A stretch of DNA of 64,000 bases, from the NCBI GenBank assembly GCA_951406725.2, contig OX597823.1:27900001-27964000 (forward strand). The letters run 5' to 3'. Below, piece after piece: positions 38,200 to 52,555 of the stretch. Within the stretch, counting starts at the first letter, position 1. Each line of letters starts with the position of its first letter. The position numbers were made by a program, and so were the translations under genes. Below the pieces are notes generated by a model that made no database searches, was not told where the DNA came from, and saw only the letters and a program-made list of their open reading frames with translations. Origin of the DNA: Octopus vulgaris (taxonomy: Eukaryota).

Positions 38200-39962
38200 T
38201 CAAATCCCTCTCTGGAATGCTCAACATTTTTCCTCCCCTTCCTCCCTTCACCTCTCAAATCTCCCTGCCTGGAATGTTCAACATTCCTTCCTCCTCTTCA
38301 CCACTCAAACACCTCTCTCTGGAATGATTAACATTCCGTCGTCCCTTTCCTCCCCTTCACCTCTCAAATCCCCCTCTCTGGAGTGTTTAACACTCCTTTG
38401 TCCCCTTCCTCCCCCAAACATCTCAAATCCTCCTCTATGGAATGTTCAACATTCCTTCCTCCCCTTCCCCTCTCAAATCCCTCTCTCTGGAATGTTCAAC
38501 ATTCATTCCTAACCTTCACCTCTCAAATCCCCCTCTCTGGAATGTTCAACTTTCCTTCCTCCTTTTCCTCCCCTTCACCTCTCAAATTCCCCTCTCTGGA
38601 ATGTTCAACATACCATCCTCCCCTTCCTCCCCTTTACCTCTCAAATACCCTCTCGAATGTTCAACAATCCTTCCTCCACCTCCTCCCCTTCACCTCTCAA
38701 ATCCCCCTCCCTGGAATGTTCATTATTCCTTCCTCCCCTTCCTCCCCTTCACCTCTCAAATCACCCTCTCTGGAATGTTCAACATTCCTTCCTCCCATTC
38801 CTCCCCATTCACGTCTCAAATCCCCCCTCTCTGGAATGTTCAACATTCCTTCCTCCCTTTCCTCTCTTCACGTCTCAAATCCCCCTCTCTGGAATGTTCA
38901 ACATTCCTTCCTCCCCTTCCTCTCTTCACGTCTCAAATACCCCCTCTGGAATGTTCAACATACCATCCTCCCATTCCTCCCTTTCACCTCTCAAATCCCC
39001 CTCTGTGGAATATTCAACATTTCTTCCTCCCCTTCCTCCACTTCACCTCTCAAATCCCCCTCTCTGGAATGTTCAACATTCCTTCCACTTCAAATCCTTC
39101 ACCTATCAAATCTCCCTCTACGGATTCACCTCTCCAATCCCTTTCTCTGGAATGTTTAACATTCCTTCCTCCCCTTCCTCCCCATCTCCTCTCAAATCCC
39201 CCTTTCTGGAATGTTCAACATTCCTTACTCCTCTTCTCACCTTCATCTCTCAAATCCCACTCTTTGGAATGTTCATCAATCCTTCCTCCCCTTCCTTCCA
39301 TTCACCTCTCAAATCCCCCTTTCTGGAATGCTCAACATTCCTCCACGCCCTTCACCTCTGAAATCCTCCTCTCTGGAATGTTTAATATTCCTTACTCCCC
39401 TGCCTCCCCTTCAGCTCGCAAATCCCCCTCTCTGGAATGTTCAACGTTCCTTTCTCCCCTTCATCTCTCAAATCTCTGGAATGTTCAACATTCCTTCCTC
39501 CCCTTCCTCCCTTTCACCTCTCAAATCCCCCATTCTGGAATGTTCAACATTCCTTTCTCCATTTCCTCCCCTTCCCCTTTCAAATCCTCTTCTCTGGAAT
39601 GTTCAACATTCCTTTCTCCATTTCATCCCCTTCACCTCTCAAATCCCCCATTCTGGAATGTTCAACATTCCTTCCTCCCCTTCCTCTTCTCCCCTTCTCA
39701 AATCTCCCTCTCTGGAATGTTCAACATTCCTTCTTCCCATTTCTCCCCTTCCCTTCTCAAATCCCCCTCTCTGGAATGTTCAACATTCCTTCCTCCCCTT
39801 CCTCCCCTTCACCTCTCAAATCTTCCTGTCTGGAATATTCAATATCCCATCCTCCCCATCCTCCCTTCCCCTCTCAAATCCCTCTCTCTGGAATTTTCAA
39901 CATTCCTTCATTCCATTCCTCCCCTTCCTCCCCTTCACCTCTCACATCTCCCTCTGTGGAAT
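38200..39962. repeat. Pyrimidine-rich minisatellite, ~59-bp unit, about 30 copies
   Basis: Consensus tcaaatccccctctctGGAATGTTcAACATTCCttcctccccttcctccccttcacctc. Confidence 0.95.
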
Positions 39963-40389
39963 GAAGACAAATATTTTACGACAAATAATATAAACCTTAT
40001 TCTAAAACAATTGTTTTTCTTTGTCAAAACGACAGGATAACGTTTCTACTTATTTTTAGCTACGATTACTGGGGATGGAATTATATTCATGCGATGTAAA
40101 TACGAAACTAAAATATAATAAATATGATTTTTATTCAAGAAAGCTATACGAGACCAAAAATAACTATTTATATAGACTAACTGGAGTATCGTTCGCTCCA
40201 AACTTATCCTACAGTAATAGACTTATTAAATTACTAGTTACGAAAAATCGAGAAAATTTGACTCTTATATTAACTTAACAATGTGTGTATGTGTGTATGT
40301 GTGCGTAGAGAGAGAGAGAGAGAGAGGGGGGAATAGAAAGATCAAAAGAGAGGGAGGAAAAGTGAGAGAATATATACATATATATATAT

Positions 40390-40616
40390 ATTTCTTTACT
40401 ACCCACAAGGGGCTAAACATAGAGGGGATAAACAAGGACAGACAAACGGATTAAGTCGATTACATCGACCCCAGTGCGTAACTGGTACTTAATTTATCGA
40501 CCCCGAAAGGATGAAAGGCAAAGTCGACCTCAGCGGAATTTGAACTCAGAACGTAACGGCAGACGAAGTACGGCTACGCATTTCGCCCGGCGTGCTAACG
40601 TTTCTGCCAGCTCGCC
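40390..40616 (-). mobile_element. SINE family A monomer, tail type 2
   Basis: Near-consensus copy with CpGs intact, inserted in a TA run. Confidence 0.9.
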
Positions 40617-41572
40617 TATATATATATATATACATGCATATATACGCACAAGATAGATACAGTCCTTATCCTCGTGCGCCCGCTACACCCGTTTCATAAG
40701 CCCCACCGTGTCATAAATTCTACAAAATTCGAGCTTACATCACCTAACAGCAAGTTTTTGTATCATGTCCCTTGGCCCTGCTTTATTCAGTGTTATCTTG
40801 AAAGAAATCAAGAAAGAAAACAAGAATCCTTAATATTCAATTGGTACCTGAGCAAATCCTCTCAAGAAAAACCAGACAAACCACTAAAGCTCTGTTCCAA
40901 CTCGAAGGGGCGATGGTATCCCAAAACGTAAGCTAAATGTATGTGCATATAAAAAACAAGACACGACACGAGAGAACGCTTATAAGATATTTAGTTAGTC
41001 TTTCTTACATACATTTCATTTATATAGGTAATTAATAATTACATAATGCAGGTAAAATAACACAGACCAATAACAAAAAAAAATGATTTCTATGTCAAAG
41101 AACTTTGGACCTGAACTAAAGGTTTCTTGACACTCAAAGTCGGAAAATGTCAACCATTTATTACCATCAGGTCGAGATTTTAAGATACTGGATCCATAGT
41201 ATTTCATTGTTTTATTATTATTTTCTATATTTTTTCAATAAAATAGCGTATGAAGAACAAGCCATAACATACAAGCAAATGTAGAAATTGGTTTTTCTTC
41301 AAAACCAGAATGTTTTCTTAAAATTCTACTAAAAAACAGAAAAGAAGCTTAAAATTTCTACAGACAGATTACATCATTGTTTATGATTAATTTCCCTTGA
41401 ATTTGCGTTTGGATGATTTTCTTGAGTGCTGAAACTCAGGAAGACCACGAGCTAAGTTCCAGCAATATCTCACCATCATATGCAATTCTCATCTGCCTTG
41501 ATATCTTTGTTCCATAGAGTTTATTTCCTGTTGGAAACGTTCTTCCTGCTCGTCACTTCTGATACCAAGATT

Positions 41573-42650
41573 CATAGAGGGGACAAACAAGGATAGACAA
41601 GGACACATAAGGGTCAGACACACTCTTACAATAGATTAAGCACGAATGAGTTTATGGATATGAATGCTGAATGATATAAAGATAAAAATTAAGATGTTAA
41701 ATTATTACTATTTACAGGGTTCGGGTTAGTGAACTAACCCGCCAGTTGATTTCCTTTTGGTAATCTTTTCTGTTCCTTTATGCTCGGATCGACCGTGTCA
41801 GCACGGCTCCTTGCATTCTCATCTTTCTTACTACTTCCGTCCGTCTTTTTCCAAATACTCTTTGCGGCAGGCTCCTCCTCTCCAGACGGATCTTGCTGGA
41901 AACATGGGCGGCGTAGTATTCCACCAGCTCACGTCCAGAGATGAATTGGTCTGTCGCAATCCCTTTCACTCGCGTCTTCCATACCACGCCTTTCAATATG
42001 GTTATTACGCAGAGAAATACTGCCTTCTTTTCTTTGGAGAACGAGGAAGGTGGTACAATCTTAATCATGGACTCAGTCGAGAGCCGTACTCTTTCTACAT
42101 CTGACATCAGCTGTTCGGCATAGGTCATCAACTCCCTCAATTCCTCACACTGTACGAAGGCGTGCGTGACTGTTTCACTGGCACCTCGGACACGTGGGGG
42201 AGCTGTCATGACCATGCCTTGACAACCTTTCCCGAACCGGTAAGGCCGATCGGTAGCACAACCAGGTCAAGGATTTCTGGTAATTATCCAGAAATTTCGA
42301 CCCGAAGGTCCTTCCGAACAGGCTGGCTAGCTGCCTCTTATCGAAGCCTAGAGTCTCCCCCAGGACATCGTCGAAAGTATGTTCTACCAACCCGCTGTGG
42401 TAACCCTGCTGTCAGCGTTGCTCACTCGAGAGAAGAGGGAAAGCGCTTGTTTGCACTCCTGCCATTCCCCCAACTTGGGTCTCTGCTTGATCCATGCACC
42501 TAAGTCCACCAGGGATTTTAACTTTGGAAAGAGTTGCTCGGCATGCGCTGACCACACCTGCACACCATCCAGGTAGCACCGGAGATGTCTCAGCCTCAGC
42601 GCGTACTTGCGCATCATTAGCCAGTGCATTCGCAGCCCACCCTTTAACGA
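41573..42650 (-). mobile_element. Tx1/L1-clade LINE, 3' fragment of ORF2 plus 3' UTR
   Basis: KGGL.. motif after RT, LTWLCYRSALPVRERL, CPRC...ETVTHAFVQC (CCHC zinc finger), VVWKTR. Frameshifted. Confidence 0.85.
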
Positions 42651-43006
42651 GTTTATTTCAGATATTCTCATTTAAAAAATCATCTCTAGCTAATAGTTGG
42701 GAGGACGTTGGTGTTGCCTTGGCGGAGCTTTGCGCTCTCTGAGTGCTCTTGTTTTATTTTATTTTTGTCCTTGACAGCTCGGATATAGTTTTGAATATTT
42801 TGAGGAAAAAAAAAGACACATTTATTCTATTTTTTTTTATCTCTCTACCATTCAGTTTCACAAAAATTTATAGCACACACTCTTAAATGGATAGTTGCAT
42901 GCACATCTTCATGCGTGTATGCATACATACATATACACGTATATACATACATACGTATACATTCATGCACGCTTAACATACATTCATAGATGTTAGCATG
43001 CATGTA

Positions 43007-43046
<40 letters not shown>

Positions 43047-44111
43047 CGTTTGCATACAAACATTTATACATACAGACATGCATGCATGCATACATACATA
43101 CATACATACATACATACATACATACATACATACATACATACATACATACAGACATATACACACATACAAGCATAAAATACATATATACATACAATAATAA
43201 ACACACACACATATGCATACATACACACACGTACATACATACACACATACATGCGTACATACATATAAACATACACACATTCATACATACAAACTAATAC
43301 ATATTTACACACATACATAATACATATATATACATACATACACACATACACACATACATACGGATGTATGCATACATGCATACACATATACATACATTCA
43401 TACAAACAAATATACATACATGCATGCATACATACACACACGTACACACTTACAACATTCATATATACATACATATACAAACACTACATACTTACACACA
43501 TATACATGCATGCATACATACACACATACATACATGCATACATGCATACATATATATGTATATATATGTATGTATGTGTATAAGTTTGCGTGTCTGTGTT
43601 TGTCCCCCAACATCGCTTGACAACCGATGCTGGTGTGTTTACGTCCCCGTCACTTAGCGGTTCGGCAAAATAAACCGATAGAATAAGTACTAGGCTTACA
43701 AAGAATAAGTCGTGGGGTCGATTTGCTCAACTAAAGGCGGTGCTCCAGCATGGCTACATGCATACATATATGCATGCATATATGCATACATGCATACATA
43801 CATACGTACTTGCATGCATACATACATACACACACGTACAAACTTACACACATATACATATATGCATGCATACATACATACTTACACACATATATATACA
43901 TGCATACATACATACATACATGCATACATACATGCATACATTCATGCTTACATACATACACACACGCACATACTTACACACATAGATGCATGCATACATA
44001 CAAACATACATGCATATATACATACATACATACACACACATAATACATATATGTATACATGCATGCATACATACATACATACATACATACATACATGTAT
44101 GCATGCATACA

Positions 44112-44145
<34 letters not shown>

Positions 44146-46010
44146 CATACATTGTGTACATTTATAAGGCAGCTGGTCTGTAGTATTCTGCGTCGATTTA
44201 AAACTATTTCAATGCTTCCGAAAGTATTTCGTTTTGCAAATTTCTACAAATACAGTTGTCTGCTACAACAAATGCACCTGGCTTCTACAAGTACAAGTAC
44301 AAGTAGATTTTACAAGTACAGATGGTTTTAGCAAATACAGCTGTATTTTACAAGTGTAGCTCGTTTCTACAAGCGCAACGGAATTTTACAAGCAACTTGC
44401 TTTTAAAAGTGCAACTAGTTTCTACATTTATGGAAAAGTTTGAAAAATAATCTATGTGCAACCGTCATTAGCTACTGCTAGAATATAAATCGATACCCAA
44501 TCAGGAAGAGTTAGAAAACAAGAGATACAAGTAGGGGAATGCATTATAAAATGAATGGAGAAGTATAATGAAGTGGAATGAAATTTTATATGGATACTAG
44601 TCAGAAAGGCCGGTACGGGTCAATATATGCATTTTAACTGCTTTTTTCGGTCTTTGTTTCCAGTCTAAATATTAGCTTAGGAGTGGCTGTGTGGTAAGTA
44701 GCTTGCTTACCAACCACATGTCTCCGGGTTCAGTCCCACTGCGTGGCACCTTGGGCAAATGTCTTCTACTATTGCCTCGGGCCGACCAAAGCCTTGTGAG
44801 TGGATTTGGTTGACGGAAACTGAAAGAAGCCCGTCGTATATATGTATATATATATATATATATATATGTATGTTTATAAGTTTGTGTGTCTGTGTTTGTC
44901 CCCCACCCAACATCGCTTGACAACCGATACTGGTGTATTTACGTCCCCGTCACTTAGCAGTTCGGCAAAAGAGACCGATAGAATGAGTACTAGGCTTACA
45001 AAGAATAAGTCCTGGGGTCGATCTGCTCGACTAAAGGCGGTGCTCCAGCATGGCCACAGTGAAATGACTGAAACAAGCAAAAGAGTAAAGAGTAAAGAGA
45101 GAGAGTAATATGATAAACCACGACCATAACAGCTACGCTGATAACAATAACAACAACATCATCAATAATAATAAACTTCAAAATGCGAATAAATAAATAA
45201 ATAAACAAAACCGAATGTATGCCATCTGTATACCAGTATAATTTAAAAGATTTTGTCTAAACGTGTGGGCATTCCAAACATGTGATAAAGGCAGCCTCTG
45301 CACCTGTAGTATTAGGTCACGTCTGGATTTGTGCCTAGCTGTATATAGATACGTATATACGGTGGACTTAATTTTGCTAAATTATAGCAAAGGGGCATTG
45401 AAAATGTTAAAGAAGTGGGTAATACTTAAAAAAAGTTTAAGAGGCTCTGATCTGCTTGGACACAACACTGGTGTAAAATCTTCAAGGAACAAAGCACACT
45501 AGCCGTTACAACTGGCGTTTACACGCAGACTAACTTGGAACTGCTCCGCACACAGACATATTACTCGTTTGAATAGGTCTAGATAGGTTTTAACCTTTAA
45601 AGTACGGAACAAATTTATTCAGCAAGCTTTATCAGAATTTTCTTCTCAAAAGAATAAATTGAGCAAATTTTACATGAAAATTAATTAAAAATTAATACAA
45701 TTTATAAATTAATATTGAAATCTTTCACTATAACGATATTAATTAAATCAATATTTAATCTTTTCATTCGGTGATTATGTTAAATATGGAAAAAAATGCA
45801 GAACATAGCAGCATATGGAAACTAAATTTAATTGGGGAAAATCTGATTACATATTTAGGCTCAGTTTACAAGAATACACCCAGAACATTCGCCAAAACAT
45901 TTGTGACAAAATGGAATTCTCTAGTATTATTAATGCACTAAAAGGTGGGTTTTTAGATAATGTAAACATGGTAGACGGAAACTGAAAGAAGCTCGTCGTA
46001 TATATATATA

Positions 46011-47085
46011 CACTCAGAGTTACCCGGCGTTGCCCGTGTTACATACAATTAAAGAATTAGACATTTCTGTTATATTTTCTGTAATGAACTGGAATACCTA
46101 TGCTTCGAATTTCATAAAAATTGCAGATGCGGGTTATTTCCCTCTTTACACACCCTAAAAAAATTGTACTCGTGCCACATGTATCCCATACTACTGATTT
46201 TTATGCGCATATTCCAAAATTCCTGTCTTATAGAACCTGTTAAAGGATTTTGCTCCTGAAAAATGGAGGTCATGGAGCTCTAAAATGTGAGGTGGGTGTC
46301 TTAATGTCAACCAGAGAAGTTGAATTGTTGAGAATCTTTTTAACTTGGGTCTTATATCTATTGTTTGAATTTCTTTGAAATAGGAAATATATGTTCACTG
46401 GGTTTGTAAAAGCGAGCAAAGCTACAGGAAACCAAAAGACGAATGATAACAATATGCAGTCAGCTACAGTACTCCCAATGTAGTATTCCTCCCCGTGCAG
46501 GTGACAGGCACAGCCGTAAGATGCATTACAAATCTATAGCAATTGGAAGAGTGTAACCCAACTGAAATAAACATTAACAACTGTGTGACGTGAGGGCTAA
46601 GAAGAAATGAAAGTTAGAGTTTGCAAATGACCACTATACCGATACGTAACTGGACAGAATAAAATTACAATCTATAAATGCCTTTGAATAACCAGTCACT
46701 CATCTGGGAAGGCCTTGAAATCAATGTTACCATCTGGGGACTATGTGTGCTCCAGTGATAGTAAAAAGACTGAAAGGAGGTCTGCAATCAAATAACTTTA
46801 CTCAACACTTTGCAACTGAATCAGTGGAGACAAAGATGCCTCTCATTTACTTGACAATTTATGCAGCACATTGCAGAAATCACAACCTAAGTGTATGTCA
46901 AAGCAAACTCTTACACTGTTGTACCATTGGATTACAATTACGCATGTTTTGGAACGAAGTTTGTTACCAAACAGCCACACCTGTACCAACGTATGTGTGT
47001 GTGTGTGTGTATGCGTGTATATATGTATGCATGTATATATGTGTATATATGTGTACATATTACATGTACATCTCTCTCTCTCTCT

Positions 47086-47136
<51 letters not shown>

Positions 47137-47266
47137 TACACATATACATGTACACATATACATCTATATGTATAGAAATAAATGTAGACATATACAGCTA
47201 TACATATACATCCATATATATCCATGTATATATATATTCATATGTATATATATATACATGTATATA

Positions 47267-47352
<86 letters not shown>

Positions 47353-47765
47353 AATTGAAATTTAAAATAATAAGGGTGAAAAATTGAATATTAATTTGAT
47401 TAATATCAGTTTAAAACCAGTGGTGTAGCATACTGAAAAGTCTGAAATTTCAGAAAAAATTATATTACTTACATATAAGAGGGGTGTTCACTTTCAGTTT
47501 ATGCCACTTATATAATAGTTTCACTATTAAAGTGAAAGCATTTGACATTACAATAGAGAGATGTTTTTGTTTCACTTTTGACACGTAATACTGAAATAGT
47601 AGAGAAGATATGATATTGCTGTGGGCTCGCCCTAGGCAAGAAGTTAAAAATTGTTTTACCCATGACACTACATGGACCCAAAGTAAGGCACGTGTAAAAT
47701 TTGAATGAAATTAGTTGTGTAGTTCTCAAGTTTTAGGGATTCACACAGACAGACAGACACACATT

Positions 47766-47775
<10 letters not shown>
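46011..47775 (-). mobile_element. Probable non-autonomous Helitron relic (similar 5' end at 61720-61848)
   Basis: Minus-strand start in a TA run followed by gtgtgtctgtctgtctg; far end has a GC hairpin (cccggcgttgcccg) beside a degenerate CTAG. Boundaries uncertain. Confidence 0.4.
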
Positions 47776-47843
<68 letters not shown>

Positions 47844-48239
47844 AATAAATGTATATTATATATATTATAAATATATTATATATATTATATATATGTATAT
47901 ATATATATAAATATATTATATATATTATATATATATACATATATATATATATGTATATATATTATATAAATATATATTATATATATTATATATATATATT
48001 ATATGAATAAAATTGAATGAAAATAGCTCAAATAATATAGAATCTTCTATTTAAAAAAATATAAATCAACTGAAACGGGTAACCTAGTATATAAACCCGA
48101 TACAATAAATAGAAATGGTAAACAGGTCAGAAATAAGTATAAAACGATTAAGCTAGATACAATAAATATAAATAATAATATAAAGATCTCTCCCAGAGAT
48201 AAAAAACCTAATAAATATAAATATAAGACTAAAGAGAAT

Positions 48240-49208
48240 AACGAATCTCTAAAGTATATAGATAACAGTAATCTTTCTCACCCTTACTCAAATAAAAAAT
48301 TCAAAACAAAAATTTTGTTTGGTTAAATATTCCCTTCAACTCATCAAATTCTACGAACATATACGGCAAATTTATGTCCATACTAGAAAAAACTTCCCTG
48401 CTTCCCATAAATATTATAAAATAATTTCTAGTAAATCAGTAAGAAAACCATACTCTACTCTTCCAAATATGGGTACCATAATAGATAGACTAAATAGAAA
48501 AAAATATTAAGTTAGCTAGAAATGAAATAAATAGTAACAACAACAACAACAATAATAATGATAACATTAATATAAACAATAATAATAATATCAATAATAT
48601 AAATGATAAAAGGAAAAATGTGGAAAGTGAGGAAATTAGGGAAAGATTAATATCAAACAACTCTAGCTTACATAACAATATAATTATAAATAAGAGAAAT
48701 AACACTAATGCTAACAATAGCTCTAGTAATGAAAATGAAAACAGCTTGTTCCTAAATAATACTAATATCAGGAATCATCCCCCCAGTTGTAATTGTAGAA
48801 TTAGATCAAAATGTTCAGTATCAGATCGTTGTCTGGTTCAAAATGTGATTTATAAATGTAGAATAATGACTTTAAATAATAGCTATTTTCTTTTAGGATG
48901 TTCGATAGACCTAAAGAAACGTTTAAACAATCATTTTTCTTCTTTTAGACATAAACATAAAGCGGTTTGCACAACCATGTCCAATAAAATTTGGGAACTG
49001 AAAGAAAAAAATATCGAATTTAACCTAAAATGGGATGTAATAAGAAAGGCACAGCCTTATAAAAATAGTAGGGATGGATGTGAAATTTGTTCTATGGAGA
49101 TATATGAAATTTTGAAACAGGAATAATACAAACTTATTGAACAACCGTTCCGAACTGGGAGTATCCTGTATACATTGTGCCACTCGTACGTTTAAGTATT
49201 TTAAATAA
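48240..49208 (+). mobile_element. Penelope-like retroelement fragment (RT thumb/linker + GIY-YIG endonuclease), Naiad-type
   Basis: Frameshifted peptides WLNIPFN...KNFPASHKYYKII...YSTLPNMGTII; CNCRIRSKCSVSDRC (CxCx5Cx5C); NVIY...LLG...LKKRLNNHFSSF...IWELK...KWDVIRKAQPY...CEICSME; LLNNRSELGVSCIH. Confidence 0.9.
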
Positions 49209-50230
49209 TAACACTCTGACCATTCCTAAATTTTCAAATCTTAATATTTTGTAACCAAATAAGGAATTAATATACCATACTAGCTTTTATTTAACCTGCG
49301 TAGATTACTAAGAAATTTCATTATATAAATAAATTTGAATATAATGAAATTAGAATTTTTTGATACTCTCCTATATGGGATTGCAAAAAAATCTATATAT
49401 CTAGGGAAATTACTTGGTTCATCTTGATTACCCCCTTCCATTACTTTTTAATATATGTTATTGACTCCTGATATATTTGCTAAATTGATAAAGTTTTTTT
49501 CCACAGTTAGTAAATATTATGTCTAACATATTCTTTTAATTCAATTCATTAATAAAATATATCACCATTTACTAGCTAATTATGATTCTATATTAATAGA
49601 AATGGATATATATATATATTTATATAAATATGAAATGATTTCTATATTTTCTATCCCTATATAACATACTAATATTTATTGAAATCCTTTAGAAAATTAT
49701 CTAAAGGATATTTACTTAAAATTCTTACTATTGAATTTGGCTGTTAAATGGCAAGGGACATTGAAAACCTCTAGAGCATTAGTAGTCTCTATTCTCCCTA
49801 CCCCACTAACTTCAGCCTACTAGCTTTTTGCTATAATACATTCAAATATATCTAAGTTGAATTCCTCAAAATGAGGATGGGTTTATGGTTTTGACATCTG
49901 TACTACCCCTTCCTCTATCTATAAATAGAAAAAATTCAAATAATAAGAAATATAAACCGTTACAAGTTAGAATAAACAGAAAACGATGTTTTTAGGGGTG
50001 TTTACTTCTAATTTGTGTGTATATATATATCTTTTATTTTTTCTTCTCCTTATTTCAGTCATTTGATTTCGGCCATGCTTGAGCACCGCCTTTAGTCGAT
50101 CAAATCGACCCCACGACTTTGTAAGCCTAGTACTTATTCTATCGGACTCTTTTGCCGAACCGTTAAGTTACGGGGACGTAAACACACCAGCATCAGTTGT
50201 CAAGGATGGTGGGGGGACAAACAGACACAA

Positions 50231-50273
<43 letters not shown>

Positions 50274-50904
50274 CACACAGACAAACACACACACACACAC
50301 ACAGACAAACACACACAGACAAACACACACAGACAAACACACACACACACACATATGTATAGATATATATATATATGACGGGCTTCTTTCAGTTTCCGTC
50401 TACCAAATCCACTCACATGGCTTTGGTTGGCTCGAGGCTATAGTAGAAGACACTTGCCCAAGGTGCCACGTATGTATGTATCTGTGTCTGTGTGTCTTTG
50501 TGTATATGTTTGTCCCTCATCGCCGCACGACAACCGGTATTGGTTTGTTTACATCCCTGTAACTTAGCAGTTCGACAAAAGAAACCGATAGAATAAGTAC
50601 CAGGCTGAAAGAAATAAAAATAACCATTGGAGGTCGCTGTCCAATGAGTGAAAGAAGTAAAAGAAAACAGAAAAATTACAATAAAGACCACAAAAACATC
50701 AACAGCAACAACTGAAACTACAAGATTAAGAAAAACAACAAATGTCAAGATTAACAATAACAACACAATGAACGACCAAGAAGAAGAAGGAGAAGAATAA
50801 CAACAAGAACAATAAGAACAATAAGACGGAAGAGTAAAGCAACAAAAAAAAACCGTAACTGAAAGAATCTTTTAAAACGGTTTCCAGGAAATACTAATTT
50901 CTAA

Positions 50905-51072
50905 TTTTGGCACATCGACCCCAGTGAATAATTTCTACTTATTTTATCGACCTCGAAGGGATAGAAAGCAAAGATGACCTCGACGCTATTTGAACCCAGA
51001 ACGTAAAGACGGACGAAATGCCGCTAAGCATTTAACCCGGCGTGCTAACGATTCTGCCAGCTTTATGCCTTG

Positions 51073-51114
<42 letters not shown>

Positions 51115-52555
51115 GTAATAGTAATAATAATAATAATAATAATAATGATGATGATGATGATGATGATGATGATAACAACAACAACAACAATAATAATATT
51201 AATGGATTCAAAAGCGGCGAGCTGTCAGGGCGAAATGCTTAGCGGTATTTCGTCTGTCGTTACGTTCTGAGTTCAAATTCTACCGATGTCGACTTTGCCT
51301 TTCATTGTTTCGGGCTCGATAAGTTAAGTACCTGTTACATACTGGGGTCGATCTAATCGACTGGCCTCCTCCCCAAAATTCCTGGCCTTGTGCCAAGAGT
51401 AGAAAAGAATATTAATGGTTTCAAATTTTGCCACAAGTGCAGGAATTTTGGGGGAGGGGATGAGTGGATTACAGCGATCCCAGTGTTTCACTGGTATTTA
51501 ATTTATCGACCCCGAAAGGACGAAAGGCAAAATAAACCTCGGCGGAATTTGAACTCAGAACGTAGCACGAGCGAAATACCGCTAAGCATTTCGCCCGACG
51601 TGCTAACGTTTCTTATTTCTTTACTGCCCACAAGGGGCTACACACAGAGGGGGAAAATAAGGACAGACAAACGGATTAAGTCGATTATATCGACGCTAGT
51701 GCTTAACTGGTACTTATTTAATCGATACTGAAAGGATGAAAGGCAGATTCGACCTTGGCGGAATTTGAACTCAGAACGTAGCGACGAGCGAAATACCTAT
51801 TTCTTTACTACCCACAAGGGGCTAAACACAGAGGGGATGAACAAGGACAGACAAACGGATTAAGTCGATTATATCGACCCCAGTGCGTAACTGGTACTTT
51901 TAATAATTCTTTCTACTTTAGGCACAAGGCCTGAACTTTGGGGAGAGGATTAAGTCGATAACATCGACCCCAGTGCTCAACTAGTACTTATTTAATCGAT
52001 CCCGGAAGGATGAAAGACGAAGTCAACATCGGCAGAACTTGAACTCAGAACGTAACGACAAGCGAAATACCTATTTCTTTACTACCCACAAGGGGCTAAA
52101 CACAGAGAGGACAAACAAGGACAGACAAACGGATTAAATCGAATATATAGACCCCAGTGCGTAACTGGTACTTATTTAATCGACCCCCAAAGGATGAAAG
52201 ACGAAGTCGACCTCGGCGGAATTTGAACCCAGAACGTAACGGCACACAAAATACGGCTACGCATTACGCCCGGCGTGCTAACGTTTCTGCCAGCTTGCCG
52301 TCTTAATGATAATAACAATTCCAAATTTTTGCGCAAGACCAGAAATTTCAGGGGCGAGGATAAATCGATTACATCGACCCCAGTGAGTAACTGGTACCTC
52401 GAAAAAAAATGAAAGACAAAATCGACACCGGTGGATTTTGAACTCAGAACATAAAGGCAGACAAAATGCCAAATATTTTGGCCGAAAATGCCAAGTATTT
52501 TGTCCCAAAATGCCAAGTATTTTGTCCGGTGTTCTAACGATTCTGCCAGCTCACT
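50905..52555 (-). mobile_element. Cluster of about 7 SINE family A units (further pair at 63305-63690)
   Basis: Repeated cores, mostly head-to-tail on the minus strand, one on +. Confidence 0.88.

Noticed and set aside
38200-39962. CRISPR-like array (palindromic repeat with variable spacers) and the 532-aa ORF
   Set aside because: The spacers are homologous to one another, there are no cas genes and the context is eukaryotic. ORFs are open in all + frames simply because the unit lacks stops.
40678-40745. Minus-strand gaaacgggtgta with an upstream stem as a hammerhead
   Set aside because: The 5' core reads gtgatgt and stem I does not pair; too degenerate to call.
46743-46860. Weak Helitron Rep-like peptide ([15 protein letters not shown])
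   Set aside because: Too short, and opposite to the inferred element orientation.
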